From the IMG/VR virus record IMGVR_UViG_3300045391_001876, positions 1-64,000 of that record: a stretch of DNA of 64,000 nt; one strand, 5' to 3'. Under the pieces are notes generated by a model that saw only the letters and a list, made by a program, of their open reading frames with translations, made no database searches and was not told where the DNA came from. The stretch comes from a virus. How positions within the stretch are numbered: the first letter of the stretch is position 1; every line of letters begins with the position of its first letter. Shown piece after piece: positions 1 to 8,278 of this stretch. The translations under genes were made by a program, and so were the position numbers.

Positions 1-186
1 CAGTTCCGGGAAGTGTTCCGCGATGGCTACCAGGTCTGCCCCGTGCTCCGTGGTGGTGGAGAAGTGTGCGAGCTGGTTGCCGGGTAGCTGCGCCAGTTGC
101 GCGGTTACGGTGATGGACTGTCCGCGCCCGGGCTTCTTTGTGCGCACGCATCGGGCGTACACGGTCTCACTGTCCTGTGTGGACAT
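1..186 (-). CDS. hypothetical protein, N-terminal part only (gene runs off left edge)
   Basis: ATG at 186 with AAGGAG at 193-198 (minus). Open minus frame for 62 codons to position 1 (MSTQDSETVYARCVRTKKPG...). Absent from ORF track because there is no stop in the window. Confidence 0.45.
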   Translation of the reverse strand, partial: MSTQDSETVYARCVRTKKPGRGQSITVTAQLAQLPGNQLAHFSTTTEHGADLVAIAEHFPEL

Positions 187-230
187 TCGGTGCTCCTTCG
201 GTGATCGGGAAGGTTGCTGGAGGAACGGGT

Positions 231-267
231 GCGGTGGCCCACCACTGTTGGGTCGGTGGGCCACCGC
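231..267 (-). terminator. hairpin downstream of gene 278..592
   Basis: Perfect 13-bp stem gcggtggcccacc / ggtgggccaccgc (231-243, 255-267) with an 11-nt loop, just after the minus-strand stop at 278. Confidence 0.4.
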
Positions 268-277
268 TACCTACGGG

Positions 278-592
278 CTAGTGCCCGTCGCGGTTACCGA
301 TGTAGATATCTCCTTCCACGTACGTGATCGCGGTGCCGTCCGGTGCCCGTAGCGCGTAGTGGTAGGCGGCCATGTACCAGATAGGCACCCAACCGGCCTC
401 CATCAGCGCCTCATACACCGTGTCGTCCCCACCGGAACCGGCGAAGAAGCCGTCACCCTCGGTGGAAACCCCTGGGCCGTAAGGGTTCCGCTCATGGGAC
501 AGGATGGCGACCACGGCATCCGCTGTGGTCGCGCTACGCAGCTCCTTTAGCTGGGCAGCAACCTTGGCCCAGAACCCGGACTGATCAGGCAT
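278..592 (-). CDS. hypothetical protein (104 aa)
   Basis: ORF 278..694 trimmed to ATG 592 (MPDQSGFWAKV...). Protein-like composition. A near-copy of the 13-bp word sits just upstream (599). Confidence 0.55.
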   Translation of the reverse strand: MPDQSGFWAKVAAQLKELRSATTADAVVAILSHERNPYGPGVSTEGDGFFAGSGGDDTVYEALMEAGWVPIWYMAAYHYALRAPDGTAITYVEGDIYIGNRDGH

Positions 593-724
593 CGGTCCCT
601 CCACTGTGGACAGTCGTTGTTTGCGTGCACCGGTCGCATGCAGGCACCGGACCGAGTACGGGGTGTGGCTGCCAGTGGGTGGCCTGCCGGTCACACCGCA
701 GGAACCACGCGCACTGGTACTCCG

Positions 725-1033
725 TCACCGATTGGCCGGCCATACCGCCTGCTCCGCTTGCGCGTGGACACTCCAGGTCCACAGGTCACACAGGTCCCGG
801 ATCACCCCGGCCTCCCGTACACCACGCAACAGGCCCACGATGCTGGCCCGTAGCTCCACCGGGTCCACCGTCCCCCAGCAGAACAGGCTGAGGAATGGCG
901 CCCCCAGTACGGCCGCGGAGCTGTGTCGGCCGGCGATACTGCGCGCGTCGCTGTCGGTCAGTGGCCACCCGTCCGACCGCTGGTCCACCTCCTCCCGTAA
1001 CAACATGGCTTCCTGGTCCGTGGTCAGCATCAT
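725..1033 (-). CDS. hypothetical protein (102 aa)
   Basis: ORF 725..1366 trimmed to ATG 1033 (MMLTTDQEAM...). GGGGGAGGG RBS upstream. ATGA-type overlap with the stop of the upstream gene. Confidence 0.55.
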   Translation of the reverse strand: MMLTTDQEAMLLREEVDQRSDGWPLTDSDARSIAGRHSSAAVLGAPFLSLFCWGTVDPVELRASIVGLLRGVREAGVIRDLCDLWTWSVHAQAEQAVWPANR

Positions 1034-1596
1034 GTGCCCTCCCCCTCTGTTGATGCGATTGCGTCCGTGACCTGGCCCAGCTCCAGGGCCAGCTCCTGCA
1101 TCGCGGCCGATTCCATGTGCCGCTGGACGTAGTCCACCAGCGCCAGCAACTGAGGTGTGTCGCTCCTTACGTCTTGTACGGAGACCGGGCTGTCCTCCCC
1201 GAACCACCACACCAGCGCGTTCCGTACATCCGGAGGTAGTGCCGACCAACCCTCGTCCACTGTGGACAGTGGTTCCGGTCCACCACATGCCTCCACAGCT
1301 GCCAACGCGCAAGCCGGTGCGTCCTCGGGTGGCCAGGAACTGCGCATGTAGGAGTGCCAGGACCACGCGTCGGTAACGGTTGCGTGTTCCTTGCCCCGGG
1401 AGGTCAAGCGCGGACCGCTGACGTACACATCTATCAAGCGCTGTGGTGCACCAGCGAACTGCACGCGCACCAGCCGTGCCCGAAACGTGGAGCTACGGCC
1501 CAGGCACGTCACCTCCAGGTCGGTGGCTTCCTCTCCTTCCAGCACGAACGCGACCTTGCGGTTCGGTACCGGTATGTGGTCCTCGATCATCCTCAT
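1030..1596 (-). CDS. hypothetical protein (188 aa)
   Basis: ORF 1030..1869 trimmed to ATG 1596 (MRMIEDHIPV...). ATGA overlap with the small upstream ORF. Confidence 0.6.
   Translation of the reverse strand: MRMIEDHIPVPNRKVAFVLEGEEATDLEVTCLGRSSTFRARLVRVQFAGAPQRLIDVYVSGPRLTSRGKEHATVTDAWSWHSYMRSSWPPEDAPACALAAVEACGGPEPLSTVDEGWSALPPDVRNALVWWFGEDSPVSVQDVRSDTPQLLALVDYVQRHMESAAMQELALELGQVTDAIASTEGEGT
1255..1267. repeat. 13-bp word GTCCACTGTGGAC (perfect copy 1)
   Basis: Read directly. Lies in gene 1030..1596 and is read as L-S-T-V-D. Confidence 0.9.
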
Positions 1597-1763
1597 GTCT
1601 GCTTCCGTCCCTTGGTTTTGGTCTGGCGCTCCCACGCGTCGGCACAGTCCTGATCGCAGAACCACCTGTTCCACCGGGTGATCACGGATTGGACCGGCCG
1701 GTTGAGCTGGCACCAGGCACACATCGTTCGCTCTGGGTCTTCCAGTGGCTCGCAGGACCGCAT
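1593..1763 (-). CDS. small zinc-finger protein (56 aa), hand-translated
   Basis: ATG 1763 to TGA 1593 (MRSCEPLEDPERTMCAWCQLNRPVQSVITRWNRWFCDQDCADAWERQ...). CxxC...FCxxxC pattern. Stop overlaps the next start. Below the ORF-track size cutoff. Confidence 0.45.
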   Translation of the reverse strand: MRSCEPLEDPERTMCAWCQLNRPVQSVITRWNRWFCDQDCADAWERQTKTKGRKQT

Positions 1764-1876
1764 CATGACGCGGCACCGAGCATCTGAACCGGTGCCAGCA
1801 ACACCACCTCCGTGATGTTGGTACGCAGCTCCACATCGGGCGGCATGGTGCGCGTGTCGCTGTACCCAAGGACGCG

Positions 1877-1904
1877 GAGGACCCGCCTATCGAGGCGGGT
1901 CCTC
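1877..1904 (-). terminator. hairpin downstream of gene 1936..2307
   Basis: Perfect 11-bp stem gaggacccgcc / ggcgggtcctc with a 6-nt loop. Confidence 0.45.
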
Positions 1905-1935
1905 TCTGCGATGGGCCAGTAGGTTCGGGTGCGGG

Positions 1936-2307
1936 TCACTGGTGCTCCCGCGTGGTTGGGGTGATCGCACGTGATGCCGCGCTGTTGATGACGCGCGCAC
2001 GCCCGTAGGAAGGACCCTGGCCCTTGACCTGGCGCTCGTACTGGCGGGCCTCGTTAGCGGAGTTGGCGTTGGCCGCCAACTCATCCGCCTGCACGATCGC
2101 CTTGGCCACCTCCAGAATCAGGTCCGGGTACAGCTCCGCGACGATACCGACCAGGCTGGCCAGATCAGCGGGATACATGTACAGGTTGATGCCCCGGCCG
2201 GTCACGTTGCCGGGACCGTCGACGGCCCGTGCGTGCACCGTCAACCCACCCCCGGCCGGTAAGGAGTAGCTGCGGGTGAGGGCCGCGCTGATACTGCGGC
2301 GGTTCAT
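1936..2307 (-). CDS. hypothetical protein (123 aa)
   Basis: ORF 1936..2988 trimmed to ATG 2307 (MNRRSISAALTRSY...). ATGA overlap with the upstream stop. Confidence 0.55.
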   Translation of the reverse strand: MNRRSISAALTRSYSLPAGGGLTVHARAVDGPGNVTGRGINLYMYPADLASLVGIVAELYPDLILEVAKAIVQADELAANANSANEARQYERQVKGQGPSYGRARVINSAASRAITPTTREHQ

Positions 2308-2786
2308 GTCGTCCGCCTCCGGCCACCGCACCCGGCGTGCCCGCAACCACCGCACTGGCCACCGCTGTTGCACGCGCACGGGCACGGGCCGGGGTCCAGT
2401 GGCCCGTCCGCAACCTGCATCCCGGCCGCGCGTACCTGGTCCTCGGTCACCGGACCCTTGCCCGCGTTCTCTAGGGACGCGTTGAGCGTGTCCAGGTCCA
2501 CGGTGAAGGAGATGACACCGGGGACCGCGTCCCCCAGCGGCAGCGTGTCCCTCAGCGTGCTCAGCGCGCGCTCTACCTGTGTGGCCGCGCGGGCGATGGA
2601 CGGTGCGTTGTCCGGGGACTTGCCACACCGGTCCGGGTGCATCGAATCGTCGTGCAACACCTCCAGCGCTTCCATCACAACCCCCAGTGCGCGCACCACG
2701 GAGGCCACAGTCTTTTCGCGCTTGTCGTACGACAGTCGGGGTGTGGGCGTCTGGACCGCGTAGGTGGGCCGCTTCTTCGGGCTCAT
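2304..2786 (-). CDS. hypothetical protein (160 aa) with Cys/Gly-rich C-terminus
   Basis: ORF 2304..3095 trimmed to ATG 2786 (MSPKKRPTYAV...). C-terminal PCPCACNSGGQCGGCGHAGCGG. ATGA overlap upstream. Confidence 0.55.
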   Translation of the reverse strand: MSPKKRPTYAVQTPTPRLSYDKREKTVASVVRALGVVMEALEVLHDDSMHPDRCGKSPDNAPSIARAATQVERALSTLRDTLPLGDAVPGVISFTVDLDTLNASLENAGKGPVTEDQVRAAGMQVADGPLDPGPCPCACNSGGQCGGCGHAGCGGRRRTT

Positions 2787-3061
2787 CGTGTCGTCTCCTG
2801 TCGGATGGTGCGGTAGCGGTACGCGGGCTTGTCGTCGGGACCGGTGTACGCCGGCCACAACCGCGCGTGGTGGGTGCACATGCGAACGCGGTCGTGGCTG
2901 CCACCCCTGGCCGCCGCCCATGCCTTGTGTGTGGCCGGTGATCCGCACGGGTAGTCCTCGGCCGTGCCGTACCCGAAGTAGGCCGCAAAGGTGAGCTGAC
3001 ACGTTTGGCGCGGGGAACGGCGCCCCTTGCGGGGGCGCCGTGCGCTGGCGGCGCTTGTCAT
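2783..3061 (-). CDS. hypothetical protein (92 aa)
   Basis: ORF 2783..3097 trimmed to ATG 3061 (MTSAASARRPRKG...). ATGA overlap with the upstream stop. Confidence 0.5.
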   Translation of the reverse strand: MTSAASARRPRKGRRSPRQTCQLTFAAYFGYGTAEDYPCGSPATHKAWAAARGGSHDRVRMCTHHARLWPAYTGPDDKPAYRYRTIRQETTR

Positions 3062-4032
3062 CGCGCGATGGTGGCGTAGGCGCGCGTGCAACCACACGTC
3101 AGCTTCCAGTACTGCTCCACGCCACCGTCCACCAGGCGCGCACCCGTGATGGTGATCCGCTGTTCACCGTGCTCGGGGCACATCGGCACCTCTCCCTCCA
3201 CGCCTTCGGGCATACCGGACCCAGTGTGGAGATTGAGTCCATTGTGGACGAAAACTTCTGCTCCACAGTCGGCCCGTGCGATGTCAGCGGCGGCTTCCTG
3301 GCGTTCGGTGACCTCGTCCTCGGTCATGGCGGCGATGTCGGCCGGTGTGGGGATCGCTCCTCCCGGGAAGACGTACCCGGCCTCGGTCACCAGCCTGGCC
3401 CACAGGTCCAGCGGCACGGTGACGGTGGCGTCCAACACCTCGTCGCCCTCCTGTTCCGGACCCTCGTCTTCTTCGGCGCGGGCGGCTGGGACGGTGGTGT
3501 CCTGCTCGGCGCGCGGGGTACCGAAGCGTTGCGCGTCCCCGTAGGCGGCGAACGTCCACGTGCCGTCCGCGTTGCTGGTGATCCGGCCACTGGCACCGTC
3601 GTTGAACTCGATCACCAGGCCCCGGTCGTCGGTGTACAGGATTCCCCAACCGTCACGCCCGCTGATTCGCGGTCCGGCCAGCGTGTAGCTACCACCGTCG
3701 CTAGCGTGGCGGGTGTATGTGGCGTAGGGGGTGATGATCCCGTTGTCCCCGTACCAGAACGCAACGGCGGCGCGAAGCAGGTCCGGTGTCATCCGCGTAA
3801 TCAGCGGGTCCGTGGTGGTTGTGGTGGCGTCGCCGGCGTAGTCGTCGGTGGCTTCTCCGGCCTCCAGGTCGTGGGTGCAGTCGATGCGCAGCATCTCGCA
3901 AGGCTTGCAAGATGTACCGGCGGCGGCGTTGCGCTCGGCGTTGGCGATGGCTTCGGCGTCCTCGGCGGCAACCCGCGCGTCCAGCGCGGCGAGGTACTTC
4001 GGGTCTGCGGTTCGGCTCTGGTAAGTGCTCAC
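3058..4032 (-). CDS. hypothetical protein (324 aa)
   Basis: ORF 3058..4146 trimmed to GTG 4032 (VSTYQSRTADPKYL...) behind a GGGAG RBS. Acidic central region. Confidence 0.6.
   Translation of the reverse strand: MSTYQSRTADPKYLAALDARVAAEDAEAIANAERNAAAGTSCKPCEMLRIDCTHDLEAGEATDDYAGDATTTTTDPLITRMTPDLLRAAVAFWYGDNGIITPYATYTRHASDGGSYTLAGPRISGRDGWGILYTDDRGLVIEFNDGASGRITSNADGTWTFAAYGDAQRFGTPRAEQDTTVPAARAEEDEGPEQEGDEVLDATVTVPLDLWARLVTEAGYVFPGGAIPTPADIAAMTEDEVTERQEAAADIARADCGAEVFVHNGLNLHTGSGMPEGVEGEVPMCPEHGEQRITITGARLVDGGVEQYWKLTCGCTRAYATIAR
3221..3268. repeat. 48-nt segment, inverted near-copy of 30473..30520
   Basis: 44/48 identical to the reverse complement of 30473-30520. Centred on a 13-bp word copy. 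Confidence 0.85.
3237..3249. repeat. 13-bp word GTCCATTGTGGAC (perfect copy 2)
   Basis: Read directly. In gene 3058..4032 in the unusual phase (V-H-N-G-L). Confidence 0.9.
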
Positions 4033-4066
4033 GATGCGCTCCCTGGTGGGGTGGGGGTTGCTTGCT

Positions 4067-4077
4067 ACGTGACACGT
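4067..4077. promoter_or_regulatory. palindrome ACGTGACACGT (candidate operator)
   Basis: Perfect 11-bp palindrome in the 91-bp gap between the RHH gene and gene 3058..4032. Same word at 4963, and 10/11 at 59335. Confidence 0.4.
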
Positions 4078-4123
4078 TACCCTCTGGGCTGGATGGCCGC
4101 CGGTATTCCGGTGTGCCATTCGG

Positions 4124-4294
4124 TTACACCTCGACGGACTTTCCATGCCGCTCTAAAAACTCCTGCAATGCCTGCCGTATGAGCTGCGAACGCTTGCGGT
4201 CAAGCGGACCGGTCAACTCCTGGTACGCCGCGATGGACTCCTTCGACATCCGGACGCTGACAAACACCCGCGCTACCTCGTTGCGGTCGGCCAT
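4124..4294 (-). CDS. ribbon-helix-helix (CopG/Arc-like) DNA-binding protein (56 aa)
   Basis: MADRNEVARVFVSVRMSKESIAAYQEL...RSQLIRQALQEFLERH is a typical beta-strand plus two-helix RHH pattern. ATG 4294 with a GGAG RBS. Confidence 0.6.
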   Translation of the reverse strand: MADRNEVARVFVSVRMSKESIAAYQELTGPLDRKRSQLIRQALQEFLERHGKSVEV

Positions 4295-4371
4295 GTCTGG
4301 CGGCTCCAATCAGGAGACCCGGAAACCCCCCGGCGCGCGGGGGGGTTCCGGTAGGTGGGTCCAGCAAGGGC

Positions 4372-4902
4372 TTACTTGGCCGGCGTGCTGGCCTTGGCGG
4401 CCGCCTTGCGCGGCGCGGACTTGGTAGCGGGCGCTGCGGTGGTGGGCGTGGTGTCAACTGCCGTGTCGGTCTTGGGCTTGCCCTGGAAGTAGAACAGCGT
4501 CCCGTCCTCGGCCAGTTCCTTGACCACGTTGACGCGCAGCTTGGCCAGCTTGCCACCGTTGCGGATGGCCGTGTCCGCGCGCTGCATGGACTTGGCGTCG
4601 TTGGTGTTGACCGGCCCGACAACGCGCCACTTGCCGTCCTCCGCGCTGGCCTCGATCAGGTTCTTGAAGACCTGCGCGGCCCCGCCAGCGGCACCCCTGG
4701 TGCGCTTGGGGGCCTCATCCACGGCCTTGACGGTGTTGGCCAGCTTGAACAGGTCCAGCGTGTCCGATTCGGCTGCCGGCGTGCTCGGCGCGGTGGCCGG
4801 TGTGGTCGGGGCGGGCTTGATCGGGGTGACCTTGGCGGGGGTGACCTTGGCGGCGGACTGCTGGCGGGCGGCGGCAACCTTGGCAACGCGGCTGGTGGAC
4901 AT
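4372..4902 (-). CDS. hypothetical protein with Lys/Ala/Pro-rich termini (possible nucleoid-associated/DNA-binding)
   Basis: ORF 4372..5505 trimmed to ATG 4902 (MSTSRVAKVAAARQQSAAKVTPAKV...KSAPRKAAAKASTPAK). GGAAGGA RBS. The basic AKP tails resemble actinobacterial histone-like tails. Confidence 0.55.
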   Translation of the reverse strand: MSTSRVAKVAAARQQSAAKVTPAKVTPIKPAPTTPATAPSTPAAESDTLDLFKLANTVKAVDEAPKRTRGAAGGAAQVFKNLIEASAEDGKWRVVGPVNTNDAKSMQRADTAIRNGGKLAKLRVNVVKELAEDGTLFYFQGKPKTDTAVDTTPTTAAPATKSAPRKAAAKASTPAK

Positions 4903-4962
4903 TTTCTGATCCTTCCGTTGGGGCGGGGCTCCTGCGCGGTCCCGCCACTCACAAGCTAGCTT

Positions 4963-4973
4963 ACGTGACACGT
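4963..4973. promoter_or_regulatory. palindrome ACGTGACACGT (candidate operator)
   Basis: Perfect copy in the divergent gap 4903-5010, between the leftward block and the ParB/DpdA operon. Confidence 0.4.
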
Positions 4974-5010
4974 AGGCCGCCACTCCTGGCCAAAAAAAGG
5001 ACCCCGGAAT

Positions 5011-5691
5011 ATGCCTACACCTATCGCCACCTCGCTCCTTCCGCTGGCAATTCCGGTCGATAACTTGGTCCTGGACGCCACGAACGCGCGCCGGGGTGAC
5101 GTGGCCGCGATCCGCCGTAGCTTGAACGTGTTCGGGCAACGCAAGCCGGTTGTGGTCAAGCGCACCGGACAGGACGCGCAAGGGCGCCCCACGGGTGTGG
5201 TGATCGCCGGCAACCACACCCTGAGCGCGGCCCTGGAGTTGGGGTGGGCCGAGATCGCCGCCGTGTTCGTGGAGGACGACGACCAGACAGCCAAGGCCTA
5301 CGCGCTGGCCGACAACCGCACCGCCGAGCTGGCCACCTGGGACTATGAACAACTGGCCACCACGCTGGCCGAGCTGCAAGACAGCGAGCTGGACCTGACC
5401 GACCTGGGGTGGCAACCACACGAGCTGGAGGGGTTGCTGGGGGCCACGTGGACTCCAGCACCGCCAAGCGCGGACCTGGAGTCGTTCTCCAACGGGCGTA
5501 AGCACGCCATCACGCTGTCGGACAGCTCGTGGCCCATCGTGGAGCGCGCGCTGAACCTGGTGCGGGAACAGCTCGGTGACCTCACCTTGACCGACGAGGC
5601 CGCGCTAATCCATGTGTGCCAGGGATACACGGCGGAGCCTCGTGGGGAGTTCGTTATCAGTGACAACGCTGCGGTTGGTGGGAGCAAGTGA
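5011..5691 (+). CDS. ParB N-terminal domain protein (possible DpdB-like partner of DpdA)
   Basis: ParB/Srx-type motif ...KPVVVKR...VVIAGNHTLSAALELGWAEI. First gene of the deazaguanine operon. Confidence 0.8.
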   Translation: MPTPIATSLLPLAIPVDNLVLDATNARRGDVAAIRRSLNVFGQRKPVVVKRTGQDAQGRPTGVVIAGNHTLSAALELGWAEIAAVFVEDDDQTAKAYALADNRTAELATWDYEQLATTLAELQDSELDLTDLGWQPHELEGLLGATWTPAPPSADLESFSNGRKHAITLSDSSWPIVERALNLVREQLGDLTLTDEAALIHVCQGYTAEPRGEFVISDNAAVGGSK

Positions 5692-5836
5692 CAGCGCGCG
5701 GCGGCGGTTGGCCCGCGCGTTTGCGGAACGACCGGAGGACGAGCTGACCACCATGCGACTTGCCACCACGGGAAGCAACGGGGCCAACGGCACCAGGGGA
5801 AGCCTCCGGCGCGGACTGGCGGTGGGAGAGGACCCG

Positions 5837-6745
5837 ATGACCACGGTTCGGCTGGTGGGGGCACACGCGGTCAAGTCCGGTTTCCTGCGCCACGGGTTGG
5901 GCGACACCACCCCCACCCGGTACGCGCGACCGGCACTGCTGGTGTCCTGGTGGTACTGGCAGACGTTCTCCGAGGAACGGGAGCACTACTCCTTCCGGGA
6001 CTACTCCCTGGACAGTGGGGCGTTCAGCGCGCACAACAGCGGCGTGACCATCGACTTCCAGGAGTACCAGACGGCCGCGGCAACGCTGCTTGCGTCCGAT
6101 CCCCAGTGCACAGAGGTTTTCGCGCTCGATGTCATCGGGGACTGGCGGGCGAGCCTGCGCAACACCGAGACCATGTGGGAGGCCGGTATACCGGCCATCC
6201 CGACGTACCACATCGGTGAACCGGAACACGTCCTCAAGCACCTGGCGGCCACTTACCCCAAGATCGCCATCGGTGGTGCGGTCGGCCTACACCTGGCACG
6301 TAAGAAGGAGTGGATCAGACAGGTCTTCGCCCGTGTGTGGCCCAAGCCGATTCACGGGTTGGGGATGGGGAGCGAACAGCTCGCAATGGGCTTCCCGTTC
6401 CACAGCATGGACGCCACCAACTGGGAGATGGCTCCGGCCGCCTACGGCAACTGGAAGTCCATGCCAGGCGGCAGTATCCGTGGTGGTAACCAGCCGCTTC
6501 GGATGGAGGTGGAGTGGTATCTGCGCCTGGAGGAACGCGTACAGGCCCGGTGGCGTAAGGAGATGACACTGCTGGCGGAGATGCTGGAGAAGGACACCCC
6601 CGCTTCCATCCGTCTTGCTGTGGTGGCGCGGGGCAACAACCGGATCATCGGCGGCCTACGCGACCCGGCCATGCGCTTGGCGGTTGCGGCCCCCAACACA
6701 CAGAGCGGCACGGCCAAGCGGGCACGGAAGGGGTTGGCCGGGTGA
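5837..6745 (+). CDS. dpdA: DpdA-like DNA guanine transglycosylase (TGT superfamily)
   Basis: TGT-like catalytic motifs LDSGAFSA and HSMDATNW. ATG 5837 behind GGGAGAGGA. The frame is open from 5612, so 5678 (GTG) or 5753 (ATG) are alternative starts. Confidence 0.7.
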   Translation: MTTVRLVGAHAVKSGFLRHGLGDTTPTRYARPALLVSWWYWQTFSEEREHYSFRDYSLDSGAFSAHNSGVTIDFQEYQTAAATLLASDPQCTEVFALDVIGDWRASLRNTETMWEAGIPAIPTYHIGEPEHVLKHLAATYPKIAIGGAVGLHLARKKEWIRQVFARVWPKPIHGLGMGSEQLAMGFPFHSMDATNWEMAPAAYGNWKSMPGGSIRGGNQPLRMEVEWYLRLEERVQARWRKEMTLLAEMLEKDTPASIRLAVVARGNNRIIGGLRDPAMRLAVAAPNTQSGTAKRARKGLAG

Positions 6746-7137
6746 GCGACCTACACCGCACGATCGCCGTTGGCCCGTTCGGGGTCTTCTTCACCAACGT
6801 CAACCGCGCGATGAACTTGCGCGCGCACAGTCACACGGCCTACGTGACGGTCGTGTACGACACCACGGGCCGACACGGCTTCCCTAGCTTCCAAACCACC
6901 AACGCCGCGCTGCACAAGCGAATCCGGGACCTGACCGCCGAGGTGTTCAAGGACGCCACCAACGAGGACGTGACGGACCGGCTGTTCGATCATCTGGACG
7001 GCTACACGGACCCGAGCTGGACCGAGTGGGGCGGGGACTACACGTTGCGCGCGGTTCACCTGGACGTGGTGGGCGTACTGGACGACATTGGCCACGACGC
7101 CGGCACCACGCGATACAGCGTGGAGCGTGTTGGGTGA
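6742..7137 (+). CDS. hypothetical protein (131 aa) inside the deazaguanine operon
   Basis: GTGA overlaps at both ends couple it to dpdA and queD. No recognisable motif. Confidence 0.6.
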   Translation: MSDLHRTIAVGPFGVFFTNVNRAMNLRAHSHTAYVTVVYDTTGRHGFPSFQTTNAALHKRIRDLTAEVFKDATNEDVTDRLFDHLDGYTDPSWTEWGGDYTLRAVHLDVVGVLDDIGHDAGTTRYSVERVG

Positions 7138-7559
7138 GGGCGCTGCTTGCGGTCAAACACAACATCGAGGTGGCACACCGCCTGTACCAGACGCCGGGCA
7201 AGTGCCAGAACATCCACGGGCACAGTATGTGGGTGACGCTGGAGGTGGAGGGTCAGCAGGACGCGACGGGCAAGCTGGACGGCCTGGACTTCTCCCTGAT
7301 GAAGCAGGCCTTTCGTGGGTACCTGGACGCGACCTTTGACCACCACCTCCTCCTGCACAAGGCTGATCCGTTCGCCCGGCTGCTGGACACGGACTCCGAT
7401 ACCAACGTCCGTCTCCCCGGCCTGGTGGCACTGGAAGCTGACCCCACGACGGAGACGATCGCCGCGCTCGTCCTGAACGCGATGACCGCCCGCTTCCCGC
7501 GCACCAGCGCGGTGGAAGTGATGGAGACGGCTGTCAACCGGGCACGGGTGGAACGGTGA
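7134..7559 (+). CDS. queD: 6-carboxy-5,6,7,8-tetrahydropterin synthase
   Basis: CQNIHGHSMWV and FDHHLLL motifs. GTG 7134 overlaps the preceding stop. Confidence 0.85.
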   Translation: MRALLAVKHNIEVAHRLYQTPGKCQNIHGHSMWVTLEVEGQQDATGKLDGLDFSLMKQAFRGYLDATFDHHLLLHKADPFARLLDTDSDTNVRLPGLVALEADPTTETIAALVLNAMTARFPRTSAVEVMETAVNRARVER

Positions 7560-8278
7560 CGGTACTGACACAGCAGAACGCACCGTCCATTGTGGTCTCC
7601 GAGGTTTTCGGTCCCACGCTGCAAGGGGAAGGCCGCAACCTCGGGCAGCGCGCGGCCTTCGTGCGCTTGGGCGGATGCAACTTGCACTGCTCCTGGTGCG
7701 ATACCCCGTACACATGGGACGCGTCGCGTTTCGACCTGCACAAGGAGATGCGCCGCGTACCTGTGTCCACTGTGGTCACACAGGTAGCGGCCATGAACCC
7801 CAACGTGGTGGTGGTCACGGGCGGGGAACCGCTGCTATGGCGTGGACACGCCGGCTGGGATGCGCTGATACCAGAGCTGGCCGCGATCGGCCCCGTGGAG
7901 GTCGAGACCAATGGCACCCAGTTCCCCGGAGCGGAACAGGTGGCTTGCTACAACGTCTCCCCCAAGCTGGCCCATGCCGGTGACCCGGAGGAACGGCGGA
8001 TCAACCGGGACGTGCTGTCGGCCTTCGCCGAGCTGGCCCACGCGGGCCGCGCGATCCTCAAGGTTGTCGTCACCAACCCGGAGGATGTCCGTGCCGGGGC
8101 TCAGCTAGCCCGAGAGACATCGTGGCCGATGTCCACGGTGTACGTGATGCCGGAGGGCACAAGCCCGCTCATGCTTGCGCTGCGCCACGCGATGGTGGCC
8201 AATGCGGTTCTGGACGAGGGGGTCAACATGACCACGCGGCTACACGTGCTTTGTTGGAACACGGAGCGTGGACGGTGA
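7556..8278 (+). CDS. queE: 7-carboxy-7-deazaguanine synthase (radical SAM)
   Basis: EVFGPTLQGEG and the GGCNLHCSWCDT cluster motif. Confidence 0.9.
   Translation: MTVLTQQNAPSIVVSEVFGPTLQGEGRNLGQRAAFVRLGGCNLHCSWCDTPYTWDASRFDLHKEMRRVPVSTVVTQVAAMNPNVVVVTGGEPLLWRGHAGWDALIPELAAIGPVEVETNGTQFPGAEQVACYNVSPKLAHAGDPEERRINRDVLSAFAELAHAGRAILKVVVTNPEDVRAGAQLARETSWPMSTVYVMPEGTSPLMLALRHAMVANAVLDEGVNMTTRLHVLCWNTERGR

Noticed and set aside
3040-4182. 380-aa + strand ORF
   Set aside because: It is exactly antisense to the better minus-strand gene 3058..4032. It is Gly/Val/Arg-rich, the typical shadow frame of GC-rich coding DNA.
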